Shown: positions 36,452 through 46,504, counted from the stretch's first letter. The stretch: DNA of 64,000 nucleotides from Candidatus Omnitrophota bacterium (GCA_028716965.1 JAQUOV010000005.1:71009-135008); one strand, 5' to 3'. The notes: generated by a model not told the origin, from the letters alone. Translations and numbers: made by a program.

Positions 36452-36859
36452 TTATTTTCCTGACGGCTTGGCCGATTTAGCCGGCTCTACCTTTTTGACT
36501 GCCAGGTTAACTCTCTTCTTTCCTTTTCTGGTTCGCGAATTAGTGCGCGTGCGCTGGCCTCTTACAGGAAGACCTTTTTTATGGCGCATACCTCTCCAGG
36601 AACCGATATCCATAAGCCTCTTTATATTTTGGGATATATCACGCCGTAAATCCCCTTCAATCCTCAAGCTGCCTTTTTGAAGTATATTGGTAAGACGGGA
36701 AACTTCTTCTTCGCTCAAATCCTTTGCCCTTTTATCCGGGTTTATCCCGGCTTCCTTAAGTACCACATTGGAAAGTTTCCTGCCGATACCATAAAAATAT
36801 GTTAGCGAAATCTCAATCCTTTTTTCCTTAGGTATATCAATACCCATAATCCTTGGCAT
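36452..36859 (-). CDS. rpsM: 30S ribosomal protein S13
   Basis: MPRIMGIDIPKEKRIEISLTYFYGIG. Confidence 0.95.
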   Translation of the reverse strand: MPRIMGIDIPKEKRIEISLTYFYGIGRKLSNVVLKEAGINPDKRAKDLSEEEVSRLTNILQKGSLRIEGDLRRDISQNIKRLMDIGSWRGMRHKKGLPVRGQRTRTNSRTRKGKKRVNLAVKKVEPAKSAKPSGK

Positions 36860-36924
36860 ATTAGCTCCTTACCCAAAAAGTGTACGCCGGCCGCTACCTT
36901 TCGGGCCGGATGTTAAAAAAATAA

Positions 36925-37038
36925 TTACCCCTGTCTCTGTTTATGTTTAGTAGTAGCGCAAATCACCCGCACCACCCCTCTTCTTTTTATTATCTTACAC
37001 TTATCGCAGATCTTGCGAATCGACGCTTTAACTTTCAC
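36925..37038 (-). CDS. rpmJ: 50S ribosomal protein L36 (GTG start)
   Basis: Not in ORF track. AGGAAGG-n6-GTG then [37 protein letters not shown] with C-C-C-H zinc motif. Confidence 0.85.
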   Translation of the reverse strand: MKVKASIRKICDKCKIIKRRGVVRVICATTKHKQRQG

Positions 37039-37055
37039 CCCGCACCTTCCTTTTC

Positions 37056-37274
37056 CTATCTGACCCTGAAAGTAATCCTCCCCCGGCTTAAATCATAAGG
37101 GGAAAGCTCTAATTTAACTTTATCACCCGGAAGTATCCTGATAAAATTCATACGCATCTTGCCTGAAACATGAGCCAGGACCACATGCCCGTTCTCAAGT
37201 TCCACTTTGAACATGGCATTAGGCAATGCTTCGATTATTTTACCCTCTGTTTCAATCAGATCCTCTTTAGGCAT
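37056..37274 (-). CDS. infA: translation initiation factor IF-1
   Basis: 72 aa S1-like. Confidence 0.95.
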   Translation of the reverse strand: MPKEDLIETEGKIIEALPNAMFKVELENGHVVLAHVSGKMRMNFIRILPGDKVKLELSPYDLSRGRITFRVR

Positions 37275-37280
37275 TAGCTC

Positions 37281-38024
37281 TTATCCTGTCAGTATAAGCG
37301 GCCCTTTTTCGGTAACCGCTACTGTATGCTCAAAATGCGCTGAAGCCAGGCCGTCTTTAGTTACTGCTGTCCAGCCGTTGCCTTCAATAAGGCATTCCCA
37401 GCTTCCCATATTAACCATCGGCTCAATGGCCAAAACCATCCCTTTTTTCAACAACGGGCCTAAACGCGCTTCCCCGAAATTAGGGACCTCCGGCTCTTCA
37501 TGCAGGGCTATTCCTATGCCATGCCCGACAAATTGCCTGACTACTGAAAATCCGCAACCTTCCACAAAACTCTGGATACTATGAGAAATGTCGCTGAGAT
37601 AATTACCAGCACAAGCCTGTTTGATTCCTATATCCAGCGCCTTCCTGGTTACCTCAATCAGCTTTTTCTTGCTTTCACCCACCTGGCCTACAGGCAAGGT
37701 AAGCGCCATATCCGAAAAATAGCCCTGGTAGTTTACGCCTAAATCTATGCTTACTATATCGCCATCCAGGATTTTTCTCGGTGCCGGTATACCATGCACA
37801 ATCTCTTCGTTTACGGAAACGCAAGCTGTTGCCGGAAAACCGTTATACCCCTTAAAAGCCGGGACGGCATCCTCTTTAAGGATCAACTCTTCGCTTAAGC
37901 GGTCAATATCAAGAGTAGTAATTCCCGGCCGCACGATCTTCTGTACCTTACGCATCACAGACGATAAGATATGCCCGGAGCGCTCAAGCATCCGTAAATC
38001 TTTTTCCGATTTAATGGGGATCAC
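37281..38024 (-). CDS. map: methionine aminopeptidase type I
   Basis: M24A signature, 247 aa. Confidence 0.93.
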   Translation of the reverse strand: MIPIKSEKDLRMLERSGHILSSVMRKVQKIVRPGITTLDIDRLSEELILKEDAVPAFKGYNGFPATACVSVNEEIVHGIPAPRKILDGDIVSIDLGVNYQGYFSDMALTLPVGQVGESKKKLIEVTRKALDIGIKQACAGNYLSDISHSIQSFVEGCGFSVVRQFVGHGIGIALHEEPEVPNFGEARLGPLLKKGMVLAIEPMVNMGSWECLIEGNGWTAVTKDGLASAHFEHTVAVTEKGPLILTG

Positions 38025-38672
38025 TTAAACCTTAGCGCATAACAAAGAAATCTGCTCCAATACCTGGCGCGCATCCAAATCCGCATTCAAAGTATGCAGT
38101 TTCTTTTGCTGATTATAATACTTTATCAAAGAAGCAACTTCATTCTTATAAACCTCAAGGCGCTTACGCACCGTAACTTCATTATCATCGGATCGCTGGT
38201 ACAATGCCCCCTGGCATTTATCGCATAATCCGGCTACTTTAGGCGGCATATTCAACACATGGAAATTCGCCCCGCACTTAGAGCAAACCAGCCTTCCGGT
38301 AAGCCGCTTAATGATCACATCGTCGCTGGTATTTAGGTAAACCACTAAATCTACCGAAATCTTCTTGCGGGCCAATATATCATCCAGGGTCTTAGCCTGA
38401 GATAACGTCCTCGGGTATCCATCCAGAATAAAGCCATTCTTTATATCCGGATTACTGAAACGCTCATCGAGCATTGCCGCAACCAGCTCATCCGGAACAA
38501 GCAGCCCTTTCTCCATGATATCTTTGGCCTGTTTGCCTAAGGCTGAACCGTCTTTGACATTCTGCCTTAGAATATCACCGGTGGATATATGAGGCAGACC
38601 AAGCTCCTCTGACAGCCTTTTTGCCTGCGTGCCTTTGCCCGCACCCGGAGGACCCAAGAGCACCAAATACAT
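38025..38672 (-). CDS. adk: adenylate kinase (with Zn-binding LID)
   Basis: GPPGAGKGTQ; CSKCG...CDKC lid. Confidence 0.95.
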   Translation of the reverse strand: MYLVLLGPPGAGKGTQAKRLSEELGLPHISTGDILRQNVKDGSALGKQAKDIMEKGLLVPDELVAAMLDERFSNPDIKNGFILDGYPRTLSQAKTLDDILARKKISVDLVVYLNTSDDVIIKRLTGRLVCSKCGANFHVLNMPPKVAGLCDKCQGALYQRSDDNEVTVRKRLEVYKNEVASLIKYYNQQKKLHTLNADLDARQVLEQISLLCAKV

Positions 38673-40018
38673 TACCTTCTCCCCTTAATATGGCCGCTTT
38701 TTATAAAACCTTCGTAATGATGCGTCAAAAGATGCGACTCAATCTGTTTTAAAGTATCCAGCATAACACCTACGATAATTAAAATACCTGTGCCTCCGAA
38801 AAAAGACGCAACAAGATACGGCACTTTAAGCCAGGCCATAATAAAATCCGGAAAGATGGCAATTACAGCGATAAAACTGGCGCCGGCTAAAGTAATCCTG
38901 GTCATTACATAATCAAGAAACTCGGCGGTAGGCTTACCCGGGCGTATACCGGGTATGAATCCCCCGTATTTCTTCATATTCTCGGCTAAATCATTAGGGT
39001 TAAATACGATAGCGGTATAAAAATAACAAAAGAAGATTATTAAAAGAGCGTAAACTGCCGAATATAACACCTGCCCGCGGATTAACCCTTGAGCCAAACG
39101 CTGAAAACCGGGATTCGGGATAAAAGAAGCCAGTGTAGCCGGGAATAGTATGATTGATTGCGCAAAGATAATAGCGATAACACCGGAGGTATCAACTTTA
39201 AGCGGTATATATGTGCTCTGCCCTCCGTAAATCTTGCGCCCGACAATACGCCTGGCATATTGCACGGGGATCTTTCTTACCCCCTGTGTAATCATGATTA
39301 CCGCAAAAACCACCCCTACCAATAAAAAAGCCATAATTAACAAGGTAACCGGCTGGATCTGCCGGCGGCTGGCGGCAAAAGGAGAAATCAAAACAAACAA
39401 CTGATTAAGCGCAGTAGGGATCCTTGATATAATACCGGCAGTAATGACCAGGGATATGCCGTTTCCGATACCCCTCTCCTGGATCTGCTCCCCCAGCCAC
39501 ATGATAAAAATCGTACCTGTGGTAAGAGTAAGTACTGTAAGGATCCGAAACCCCCAACCCGGGTGCATAACGATCTGCAGCCCCTGGAAACGCGCCGGGT
39601 TTTCAAGCCAGAGAGCAATAAAATATGACTGCACAACAGACAAAAAAACCGTACCATAACGGGTAAACTGATTTATCTTTTCGTATCCGGCCTTGCCCTC
39701 TTTGGCCATCTTTTCAAGGGCCGGGATAACCGCAGTAAGCAACTGCAAGATAATAGACGATGAAATATACGGCATTATCCCCAGCGCAAATATGGTCAGG
39801 CGCTCCATAGCGCCTCCGGAAAACATATTAATTATGCCAAAGAGCGTACCGCCCTGGGTTTTAGAAATACGGCTGAAGAAATCCGCAAGAGCCGCGCCGT
39901 CTATGCCCGGCGTAGGGATATAACAACCTACACGGTAAATGGCGATAAGCGCGCCTGTAATAATCAGCCGTTTTTTAAGGTCCGGAATCTTGAAGGCATT
40001 AACTAGGGCATTAAGCAT
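38672..40018 (-). CDS. secY: preprotein translocase subunit SecY
   Basis: 448 aa, 10 TM. Confidence 0.95.
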   Translation of the reverse strand: MLNALVNAFKIPDLKKRLIITGALIAIYRVGCYIPTPGIDGAALADFFSRISKTQGGTLFGIINMFSGGAMERLTIFALGIMPYISSSIILQLLTAVIPALEKMAKEGKAGYEKINQFTRYGTVFLSVVQSYFIALWLENPARFQGLQIVMHPGWGFRILTVLTLTTGTIFIMWLGEQIQERGIGNGISLVITAGIISRIPTALNQLFVLISPFAASRRQIQPVTLLIMAFLLVGVVFAVIMITQGVRKIPVQYARRIVGRKIYGGQSTYIPLKVDTSGVIAIIFAQSIILFPATLASFIPNPGFQRLAQGLIRGQVLYSAVYALLIIFFCYFYTAIVFNPNDLAENMKKYGGFIPGIRPGKPTAEFLDYVMTRITLAGASFIAVIAIFPDFIMAWLKVPYLVASFFGGTGILIIVGVMLDTLKQIESHLLTHHYEGFIKSGHIKGRR

Positions 40019-40025
40019 TTAACGG

Positions 40026-40056
40026 GCGCTTAACTTAAAAAAATAAGTTAATGCGC
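40026..40056. repeat. related hairpin GCGCTTAACTTA-aaaaaa-TAAGTTAATGCGC (rplO-secY spacer)
   Basis: 12-bp near-perfect inverted repeat. Confidence 0.55.
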
Positions 40057-40109
40057 GAATTAACCCCCGCCTCCTTGTGCATTTTGCAAAACAAAAGGAG
40101 TGCGGGAAT

Positions 40110-40667
40110 CTATATGTTAATAATTTCCGCCTTACCTCCGGCAGCGATAATCCCGGCAGAAGCCCGCTTAGAAAACGCATGCGCTTGTATGGTCACCGGA
40201 TTCTTAATATTGCCGTTTCCCAATATCTTAATTAAAGCGCGCTCGTTACGAATCAGCCCCTTATCCCTTAATAGCTGCGGAGATATTACGGCTTCTTTTA
40301 TCTTGTTTAAATCTTCAAGATTAACAATCTGGTATGTTTTTCTAAAATTACTTACAAACCCGCGCTTGGGCATTTTACGTATAAGCGGGGACTGCCCACC
40401 CTCAAAACCTAAATAGAAATGCCTTCCCGCGCGCGAGGTCTGCCCTTTGCTGCCGCGTGTAGAGGTCTTTCCGTGCCCGGAACCTGATCCTCGGCCCAGA
40501 AGCTTTCTTTTTTTATGCGCGCCAAACGGGCGTTTCAAATTATGTAAAACAACTGAACTTAATGCGGGTTTTTCCCCGGGGCTATTTAAAACCGGTTTTT
40601 TAGCGGATATCTTTCTGGCCGCCGGTTTCTTAACTGTCTGCTCTTTCTTGGTCTTTTTCTCTCTCAT
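40110..40667 (-). CDS. rplO: 50S ribosomal protein L15 with ~40-aa Lys-rich N-terminal extension
   Basis: The canonical L15 begins at LHNLKRPFGAHKKRKLLGRGSGSGHGKT. No in-frame start codon exists at the canonical position (GTT GTT TTA). No rpmD lies between rpsE and rplO. Confidence 0.9.
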   Translation of the reverse strand: MREKKTKKEQTVKKPAARKISAKKPVLNSPGEKPALSSVVLHNLKRPFGAHKKRKLLGRGSGSGHGKTSTRGSKGQTSRAGRHFYLGFEGGQSPLIRKMPKRGFVSNFRKTYQIVNLEDLNKIKEAVISPQLLRDKGLIRNERALIKILGNGNIKNPVTIQAHAFSKRASAGIIAAGGKAEIINI

Positions 40668-40675
40668 CTTATTAT

Positions 40676-41128
40676 TTACTCTTTAAGGCTCCTTAACCCC
40701 TGCATCGTCGCCTTGATTACGTTAATCGGATTATTAGATTTTAAACACTTGGTGAGTATATCTTTTATCCCCGCAGCTTCGCAAATTGCGCGCACGGGTC
40801 CGGCGGCAATGACCCCGGTACCTTCGGAGGCGGGCTTAAGCATGACACTTGCTGCCCCGTATTTACCGATTATCCCATGCGGGATAGTTACGCCTTCCAT
40901 GGGTATTTTAAAAAGGCTTTTTTTGGCTTTAGTCAAGGATTTACGGATAGCCTCGGCAACTTCATTGGCCTTATCCAATGCGAAACCCACCCTGCCCTTA
41001 CTGTCACCCACAACCACTAAAGCGCTGAAGTGCAGCTTTTTGCCGCCCTTGGTTACCTTAGTAACCCGGTTTATGCTAATTACCTTCTCAACTAAATCTG
41101 ACTGCTGTGCAATGTTTAACTCGCGCAT
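40676..41128 (-). CDS. rpsE: 30S ribosomal protein S5
   Basis: canonical. Confidence 0.95.
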   Translation of the reverse strand: MRELNIAQQSDLVEKVISINRVTKVTKGGKKLHFSALVVVGDSKGRVGFALDKANEVAEAIRKSLTKAKKSLFKIPMEGVTIPHGIIGKYGAASVMLKPASEGTGVIAAGPVRAICEAAGIKDILTKCLKSNNPINVIKATMQGLRSLKE

Positions 41129-41131
41129 ATT

Positions 41132-41491
41132 TTAAAACTCCATTCCGCCTTTTCTTAATGCCTCGGCAAGAGACTTAATCCGGCCATGGTAAAGATAACC
41201 CGCCCGGTCAAATATTACCTTACTTATCCCCTTCTCTTTTGCTGACTTTGCAAATATCTCGCCAAAAAGCACGGATGATTTAATGTTCCCTGCGGAAGCA
41301 AACTTTTGCTTCAGGGATTTATCTTTTGTAGAAAGGGAAAACAAAACCTTGCCCGTTGTATCATCCAGCACCTGGGCAGAGATATGCTTTAACGAACGGT
41401 GCATAACCAGACGCGGCTTTTCAGGCGTGCCTGACATTTTCATCTTTATTCTTTTATGACGTTTTAACCTTAACTCTTCTTTTTTTCTCAT
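41132..41491 (-). CDS. rplR: 50S ribosomal protein L18
   Basis: canonical. Confidence 0.93.
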   Translation of the reverse strand: MRKKEELRLKRHKRIKMKMSGTPEKPRLVMHRSLKHISAQVLDDTTGKVLFSLSTKDKSLKQKFASAGNIKSSVLFGEIFAKSAKEKGISKVIFDRAGYLYHGRIKSLAEALRKGGMEF

Positions 41492-41578
41492 TTTTAATTC
41501 GCGAATTTGAGCCCCTTATGCTCTTATCTAGTGAAATCCTTGCGAGTAAAACGAGCAAGGATAATCCCCGAAGGGGAT
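41492..41578 (-). promoter_or_regulatory. structured 87-nt spacer between rplF and rplR (two stable hairpins)
   Basis: Minus strand: GAUCCCC-UUCG-GGGGAUU tetraloop hairpin followed by AUCCUUGC-(11 nt)-GCAAGGAU hairpin. Confidence 0.4.
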
Positions 41579-42124
41579 CTATTTACCGGTTGCCTGCGCC
41601 TTTCCTATCTTCTTCTTAACATGTTCGCCCGCATAACGGATCCCCTTGCCTTTATAGGGCTCGGGAGGGTAAATCGCGCGGATCTCAGAGGCAACCTTTC
41701 CGATAAGTTCTTTATCTGCGCTTCTTATGATTAGTTGCGTCGGCTTAGGCGTTTCAATCTTAATCCCAGCGGGGATGGCGATATTTACCGGATGGGAGAA
41801 CCCTAAAGCCATATTCAGCTTATCCCCGGCCACCGCAGCCTTAAACCCTACTCCGATAATTTCCAACTCCTTAAGATAACCTTCGGTTACCCCCTTAATC
41901 ATATTTATGATCAATGCGCGAAACAGGCCATGCATAGATTTATCTATTTTGCTGTCGGACATCCTCTTGACAAAAAGCTGATTCTCTTTAATCTCCACGC
42001 TAATACGGTCAGAGAGCTTACGGTTAAGTTTGCCTTTAGGGCCCTCAACAAAAACAAACCCATCTTTAACTTCAATTTTAACTTCTTTAGGTATTACTAC
42101 CGGCTTCTTTCCGATTCTAGACAT
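41579..42124 (-). CDS. rplF: 50S ribosomal protein L6
   Basis: canonical. Confidence 0.95.
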   Translation of the reverse strand: MSRIGKKPVVIPKEVKIEVKDGFVFVEGPKGKLNRKLSDRISVEIKENQLFVKRMSDSKIDKSMHGLFRALIINMIKGVTEGYLKELEIIGVGFKAAVAGDKLNMALGFSHPVNIAIPAGIKIETPKPTQLIIRSADKELIGKVASEIRAIYPPEPYKGKGIRYAGEHVKKKIGKAQATGK

Positions 42125-42194
42125 TTATTTTTCCTTTGCTGCGTTACCTAATGCAACCCCTTTAGCTTCGGGCGCCTTTAACGCGGGGTTTGTC

Positions 42195-42590
42195 TTACCA
42201 GACATAACCGATAACTTCGCCGCCTACGCCCTGCTCTCTGGCTTCTTTATCGGTAATTACGCCTTTAGATGTAGAAATAATTGCCAGCCCCTTGCCGCGT
42301 AAAACTGAAGGCAGCTTCTTTCCCGGCACATACACCCTTAAACCGGGTTTAGAGATACGCTTAATATTACGGATAGCAGGTTTTCCTGCGGTATATTTTA
42401 AATAAACCCTGACTAACCCCTGCTTCTTATCTTCAATCAGTTTAAAATTATCAATATACTCGTTATTTTTAAGAATGGCTATAATTGACTTTATATTGTT
42501 GGATGCCGGCAGGTCAACAGTATCCCTTTTAAGTATTATGGCGTTGCGCATAATCGTGAAAACATCTGCAATTAAATCCGTCCTTGACAT
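42195..42590 (-). CDS. rpsH: 30S ribosomal protein S8
   Basis: canonical. Confidence 0.95.
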   Translation of the reverse strand: MSRTDLIADVFTIMRNAIILKRDTVDLPASNNIKSIIAILKNNEYIDNFKLIEDKKQGLVRVYLKYTAGKPAIRNIKRISKPGLRVYVPGKKLPSVLRGKGLAIISTSKGVITDKEAREQGVGGEVIGYVW

Positions 42591-42663
42591 TTAACCCCCA
42601 CTTGTTTTACTTCTTTTGCTTAAGTTTTGCCTCTAAAAACTTGGCTGCTAAAAGGCAAATTGT

Positions 42664-42849
42664 TTACCAGCTGGCCTTCTTAACGCCGGGGATAAGGCCC
42701 TGCCAGGCCAATTCCCTGAAACAAATACGGCAAAGCTGGAACCTTCTTAGATAACCATTGCTCCTGCCGCAAATCGTACAACGGTTATATTTACGGGTTG
42801 AGAATTTTGCCGGCCTTTTCCATCGAGCGATTTGAGAATTCTTTGCCAT
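42664..42849 (-). CDS. rpsZ: 30S ribosomal protein S14 type Z (zinc-binding)
   Basis: 61 aa, CTICGRSNG...CRIC. Confidence 0.93.
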   Translation of the reverse strand: MAKNSQIARWKRPAKFSTRKYNRCTICGRSNGYLRRFQLCRICFRELAWQGLIPGVKKASW

Positions 42850-42855
42850 TATATT

Positions 42856-43407
42856 TTATTCCTTATCTTTAAAAGGCATGCCGAAATATTTCAACAACGC
42901 CCTTGCCTGGTCTTTATTCTTGGCGTTCTTAATCACAAAGGTAATATCCATGCCTTGTGTGCGCGTAATCTTATCATATTCGATTTCCGGAAAAATGATC
43001 TGCTCGCTTAAACCCAGTGTGTAATTATTGCCCTTGTCAAAAGAATCCCTGGAGACACCGCGGAAATCGCGGATACGCGGCAGGGCAATATTGAGCAAGC
43101 GGTCCATAAATTCATACATCATTGCTTTTCTTAAGGTTACCTTAAGGCCAACCGACTGCCCCTGCCTGACCTTAAAATTAGCGATGGCTTTCTTTGCCTT
43201 GCGCACAATCGGCTTCTGCCCGGTGATACTGCCAAGCTCCTCCGAAGCCTTCTCTAATATTTTTATATCCTGGGTGCCCTCGCCGATACCCATATTCACT
43301 ACGATCTTGACTACCGATGGCACAGCCATCTTATTCTTAAGCTTGAAATCCTCCATCAACTTAGGAGCGATTTCGTCTCGGTATTTTTCCAGTAACCTCG
43401 GTATCAT
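42856..43407 (-). CDS. rplE: 50S ribosomal protein L5
   Basis: canonical. Confidence 0.95.
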   Translation of the reverse strand: MIPRLLEKYRDEIAPKLMEDFKLKNKMAVPSVVKIVVNMGIGEGTQDIKILEKASEELGSITGQKPIVRKAKKAIANFKVRQGQSVGLKVTLRKAMMYEFMDRLLNIALPRIRDFRGVSRDSFDKGNNYTLGLSEQIIFPEIEYDKITRTQGMDITFVIKNAKNKDQARALLKYFGMPFKDKE

Positions 43408-43440
43408 CTTTTCCTTTATTCTATTGAGCTCTTGCGTTTT

Positions 43441-43475
43441 ACCTATATTCTACATTCTATCTGCTACATACTGCC
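43441..43475. repeat. TA-rich spacer element (rplX-rplE junction)
   Basis: acctatattctacattctatctgctacatactgcc. Confidence 0.7.
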
Positions 43476-43787
43476 TTACAGTGCCCCCTTGCAGCTCTTG
43501 CAAAACCTGGATTTTGTGCCGTCTTTTAAGTTCATTATCCCTACTCGGCTGGGCTTGGAACAATGCTTGCAGAAAAGCATAAGGTTAGAAACACTCACCG
43601 GCATTTCAATTGAGAGGATGCCTCCCTTTTGATCCTGGCGGCTCTGGCGTTTATGCTTCTTAGCCAAGTTTAACCCCTCCACTAAAGCCCGAGAGCCGTC
43701 CTCGATAATATTTATTACCTTGCCTTGTTTACCCTTGTCCTTACCCTTGATTATCTGCACAAGGTCATTCTTTTTGATTTTCTGCAT
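43476..43787 (-). CDS. rplX: 50S ribosomal protein L24 (KOW) with C-terminal CxxC...CxxC motif
   Basis: IIKGKDKGKQGKV KOW; C-terminal CKHC...CKSC. Confidence 0.92.
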   Translation of the reverse strand: MQKIKKNDLVQIIKGKDKGKQGKVINIIEDGSRALVEGLNLAKKHKRQSRQDQKGGILSIEMPVSVSNLMLFCKHCSKPSRVGIMNLKDGTKSRFCKSCKGAL

Positions 43788-44155
43788 TAAATTACCTCTG
43801 GCGCTAAAGAAATTATCTTATTAAAATTTCTATCCCTTAACTCTCTGGCCACCGGGCCGAATACGCGTGTGCCCCTGGGGTTATCTTTTTCATCAATAAT
43901 TACTACGGCGTTACGGTCAAAACGCAATATTGAACCATCGGGCCTTCTTATGGCATGTTTAGTGCGCACAATGACTGCTCTGGCCTTTTCACCTTTTTTC
44001 ACAGCTGCACCGGGGATAGATTCCTTAATATTGACATTTATAACATCTCCCACCTCGGCGTTAAAGCTCCCTTTCTTGCCCAGCGTGCCAATCATGGAAG
44101 CCCTGCGCGCTCCGGTATTATCCGCAACATCTAAAATACTGCGCAACTGAATCAT
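43787..44155 (-). CDS. rplN: 50S ribosomal protein L14
   Basis: [17 protein letters not shown]. Confidence 0.95.
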   Translation of the reverse strand: MIQLRSILDVADNTGARRASMIGTLGKKGSFNAEVGDVINVNIKESIPGAAVKKGEKARAVIVRTKHAIRRPDGSILRFDRNAVVIIDEKDNPRGTRVFGPVARELRDRNFNKIISLAPEVI

Positions 44156-44434
44156 CTATGCAATCTCCTCAAGTCCGGCAACTTCTACTTTCTGGAACTT
44201 CTTAAGCACATTCTTAACCGTAAAACGCTTATCTTTTGACAAAGGCCGGGTCTCCATAATCGTAACCGTATCTCCCAGTTTAGCCAGGCCTTTTTCATTA
44301 TGGGCCTTGAATTTCTGGTGCATCCTTACGGTTTTAGAATATTTTTTATGTTTGCTCAAATGCATGGTCTTCACCACTACCGTCTTCTGCATCTTGTCGC
44401 TTACTACTACCCCGGTAAATTCTTTCTTACCCAT
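44156..44434 (-). CDS. rpsQ: 30S ribosomal protein S17
   Basis: canonical. Confidence 0.93.
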   Translation of the reverse strand: MGKKEFTGVVVSDKMQKTVVVKTMHLSKHKKYSKTVRMHQKFKAHNEKGLAKLGDTVTIMETRPLSKDKRFTVKNVLKKFQKVEVAGLEEIA

Positions 44435-44435
44435 T

Positions 44436-44627
44436 TTATTTATCTTTCTTCTCGTTTAAGATCGTCCTGATACGCGCGATATCCTGCTTGATCAGGGCAA
44501 ACTTGTGCGGCTTCTCTACGCTGCCTGTATAACGTTGTATATTCAATTTGGACAGCTCATCATATAAAGCCTTTTCCTTGACTATTAACTCTTCTTTCGA
44601 TAGGTTTCTTAACTCTGCTGGCTTCAA
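44436..44627 (-). CDS. rpmC: 50S ribosomal protein L29
   Basis: 63 aa. Confidence 0.9.
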   Translation of the reverse strand: MKPAELRNLSKEELIVKEKALYDELSKLNIQRYTGSVEKPHKFALIKQDIARIRTILNEKKDK

Positions 44628-44641
44628 ACTGCACCTTCCCT

Positions 44642-45058
44642 TTATTTATGCACCCGGGTCACAAACTTAGTGCGCAACGGTATTTTATAAGCTACCAGGC
44701 GAAAACATGCCCTGGCATACTCTTCAGGTACTCCGCCTAACTCAAAAAGTATACGGCCTCTTTTTACTACACTTACCCAGTGGTCAAGGTCGCCTTTACC
44801 CTTACCCATACGTACCTCTGCCGGCTTCTTGGTTATAGATTTATCCGGAAAGATCCTAATCCACAATTTCCCGCCTTTGTGCAGCTGGCGCGCAAGAATA
44901 ACACGTACTGCTTCAATCTGCGTATTCTTAACCCAGCCGTTTTCCAGCGACTTTAAGCCAAACTCCCCAAAAGACAGATACGCTCCGCTTGTTGCCACTC
45001 CGCGCCGCTGGCCCTTTTGTAATTTACGATATTTAACCCTCTTAGGCATTAAAGCCAT
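44642..45058 (-). CDS. rplP: 50S ribosomal protein L16
   Basis: [11 protein letters not shown]. Confidence 0.95.
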   Translation of the reverse strand: MALMPKRVKYRKLQKGQRRGVATSGAYLSFGEFGLKSLENGWVKNTQIEAVRVILARQLHKGGKLWIRIFPDKSITKKPAEVRMGKGKGDLDHWVSVVKRGRILFELGGVPEEYARACFRLVAYKIPLRTKFVTRVHK

Positions 45059-45126
45059 TTAGACTCCTTTAATCTTTTATCTACCAGGATCCTGCCGGAT
45101 CTGAAAGACAGGAAAAATTGCTTATT

Positions 45127-45828
45127 TTAGCGTTGAGGCCTAAATGATTCTTTAGGCTGCTGCTGTCCTGCCAGCCTTACCTCTTCCTGTATGAATTGCT
45201 TTCCCAGGATATCGCCTTTATAAATCCAAACCTTTACTCCAATAAGCCCATATGTAGTAAGTGCCTCGGCAAAACCATAATCAATATCCGCGCGTAAAGT
45301 TTGCAAAGGCACTTTGCCGATCTTGTAAGTTTCCTTTCGGCTCATCTCCGCGCCATTGAGCCGGCCGGAACAACTTACCCTTATCCCTTTTACTCCGGAA
45401 GCAATGGACTGTTCCATGGCCCTTTTCACTGCCCGGCGGAAAGCAATCCTTTTTTCCTGCTGCAAGGCAATATTTTCAGCTACTAACTGCGCATCCCAAG
45501 CAGGGTTGTTTATCTCATGTATATCTATGGAAAGCTCGTTTTTCACCAAACTATTCAAATCCGAACGCAGCCGCTCAATATCCGCTCCGTGCCGGCCGAT
45601 AATAATACCCGGGCGGGCGGAAAAGATACGGATCTTGATCTTCTCGGCTAACCTTTCTATGACAATCTTGGAGATCGCTGCCTGTTTAAATTTACTCTTG
45701 ATAAACTTCCTGATCTTGGAATCCTGCTGTATGAACAGCGGAAAATCTTTGGTTTTTGCAAACCAGCGTGAATTCCATTGCCTTATAAAACCAATCCTTA
45801 ACAATAAAGGATTTACCTTATGCCCCAT
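45127..45828 (-). CDS. rpsC: 30S ribosomal protein S3
   Basis: KH domain plus S3 C-terminal domain. Confidence 0.95.
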   Translation of the reverse strand: MGHKVNPLLLRIGFIRQWNSRWFAKTKDFPLFIQQDSKIRKFIKSKFKQAAISKIVIERLAEKIKIRIFSARPGIIIGRHGADIERLRSDLNSLVKNELSIDIHEINNPAWDAQLVAENIALQQEKRIAFRRAVKRAMEQSIASGVKGIRVSCSGRLNGAEMSRKETYKIGKVPLQTLRADIDYGFAEALTTYGLIGVKVWIYKGDILGKQFIQEEVRLAGQQQPKESFRPQR

Positions 45829-45831
45829 GAA

Positions 45832-46170
45832 TTATTCTCCAGGTTTTAAATCCAACTCGATTTTTATGTGCGCGGTGCGCTTAACTATTGACGCTGCCCG
45901 CCCAAACGCGGCAGCCTTGAACCTTTTCCACATCGGACCGGGATTACATACAATCTTGGAAACATACAACTTATCCGCCCCAAAACCTTTAACCTTAGCA
46001 TTGGCAATCGCAGATCTTAATATCTTTATTAAATATTCCTTGGCCCTTTTATTCAAATGCAACAAAATACTTTCCGCCTCAACAGCATCTTTGCCGCGGA
46101 TAAGATCCATAACCAACCTGACCTTACTGGGTGAAACCCGTAAAAATTTTCCTTCAGCCTTTGCTATCAT
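45832..46170 (-). CDS. rplV: 50S ribosomal protein L22
   Basis: canonical. Confidence 0.93.
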   Translation of the reverse strand: MIAKAEGKFLRVSPSKVRLVMDLIRGKDAVEAESILLHLNKRAKEYLIKILRSAIANAKVKGFGADKLYVSKIVCNPGPMWKRFKAAAFGRAASIVKRTAHIKIELDLKPGE

Positions 46171-46185
46171 CTTTGCCTTGATTCT

Positions 46186-46213
46186 CCCTACATTCTACCT
46201 ACTATATACTGAC
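46186..46213. repeat. TA-rich spacer element (rpsS-rplV junction)
   Basis: ccctacattctacctactatatactgac. Confidence 0.7.
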
Positions 46214-46214
46214 T

Positions 46215-46502
46215 TTACGTCTTCTCCAGCGCTTTTTTGGCTTTGATACCGCCGTGTTTCCTGAAGATCCTGGAAGGAGAGAACTCACCCAATTTATGTC
46301 CTACCATATTCTCGGTGATAAAAACCGGGATATGCCTTTTGCCGTCATAAACCGCAAAAGTCAAACCTACAAAATCAGGGGTTATAGTGGAACGACGGCT
46401 CCAGGTCTTGATCGCTTGACGCTGTCCGCTCTTAATATACCTTTCAACCTTCTTTAATAAACTCTCTTCGACGTATGGGCCCTTCTTCAATGAACGCGGC
46501 AT
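46215..46502 (-). CDS. rpsS: 30S ribosomal protein S19
   Basis: canonical. Confidence 0.95.
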   Translation of the reverse strand: MPRSLKKGPYVEESLLKKVERYIKSGQRQAIKTWSRRSTITPDFVGLTFAVYDGKRHIPVFITENMVGHKLGEFSPSRIFRKHGGIKAKKALEKT

Positions 46503-46504
46503 AA

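Noticed and set aside
45356-46246. 296-aa plus-strand ORF
   Set aside because: It lies entirely antisense to rpsC/rplV, which are unambiguous. The composition is low-complexity (Ser/Leu/Phe-rich) and there is no RBS. It is an antisense shadow ORF.
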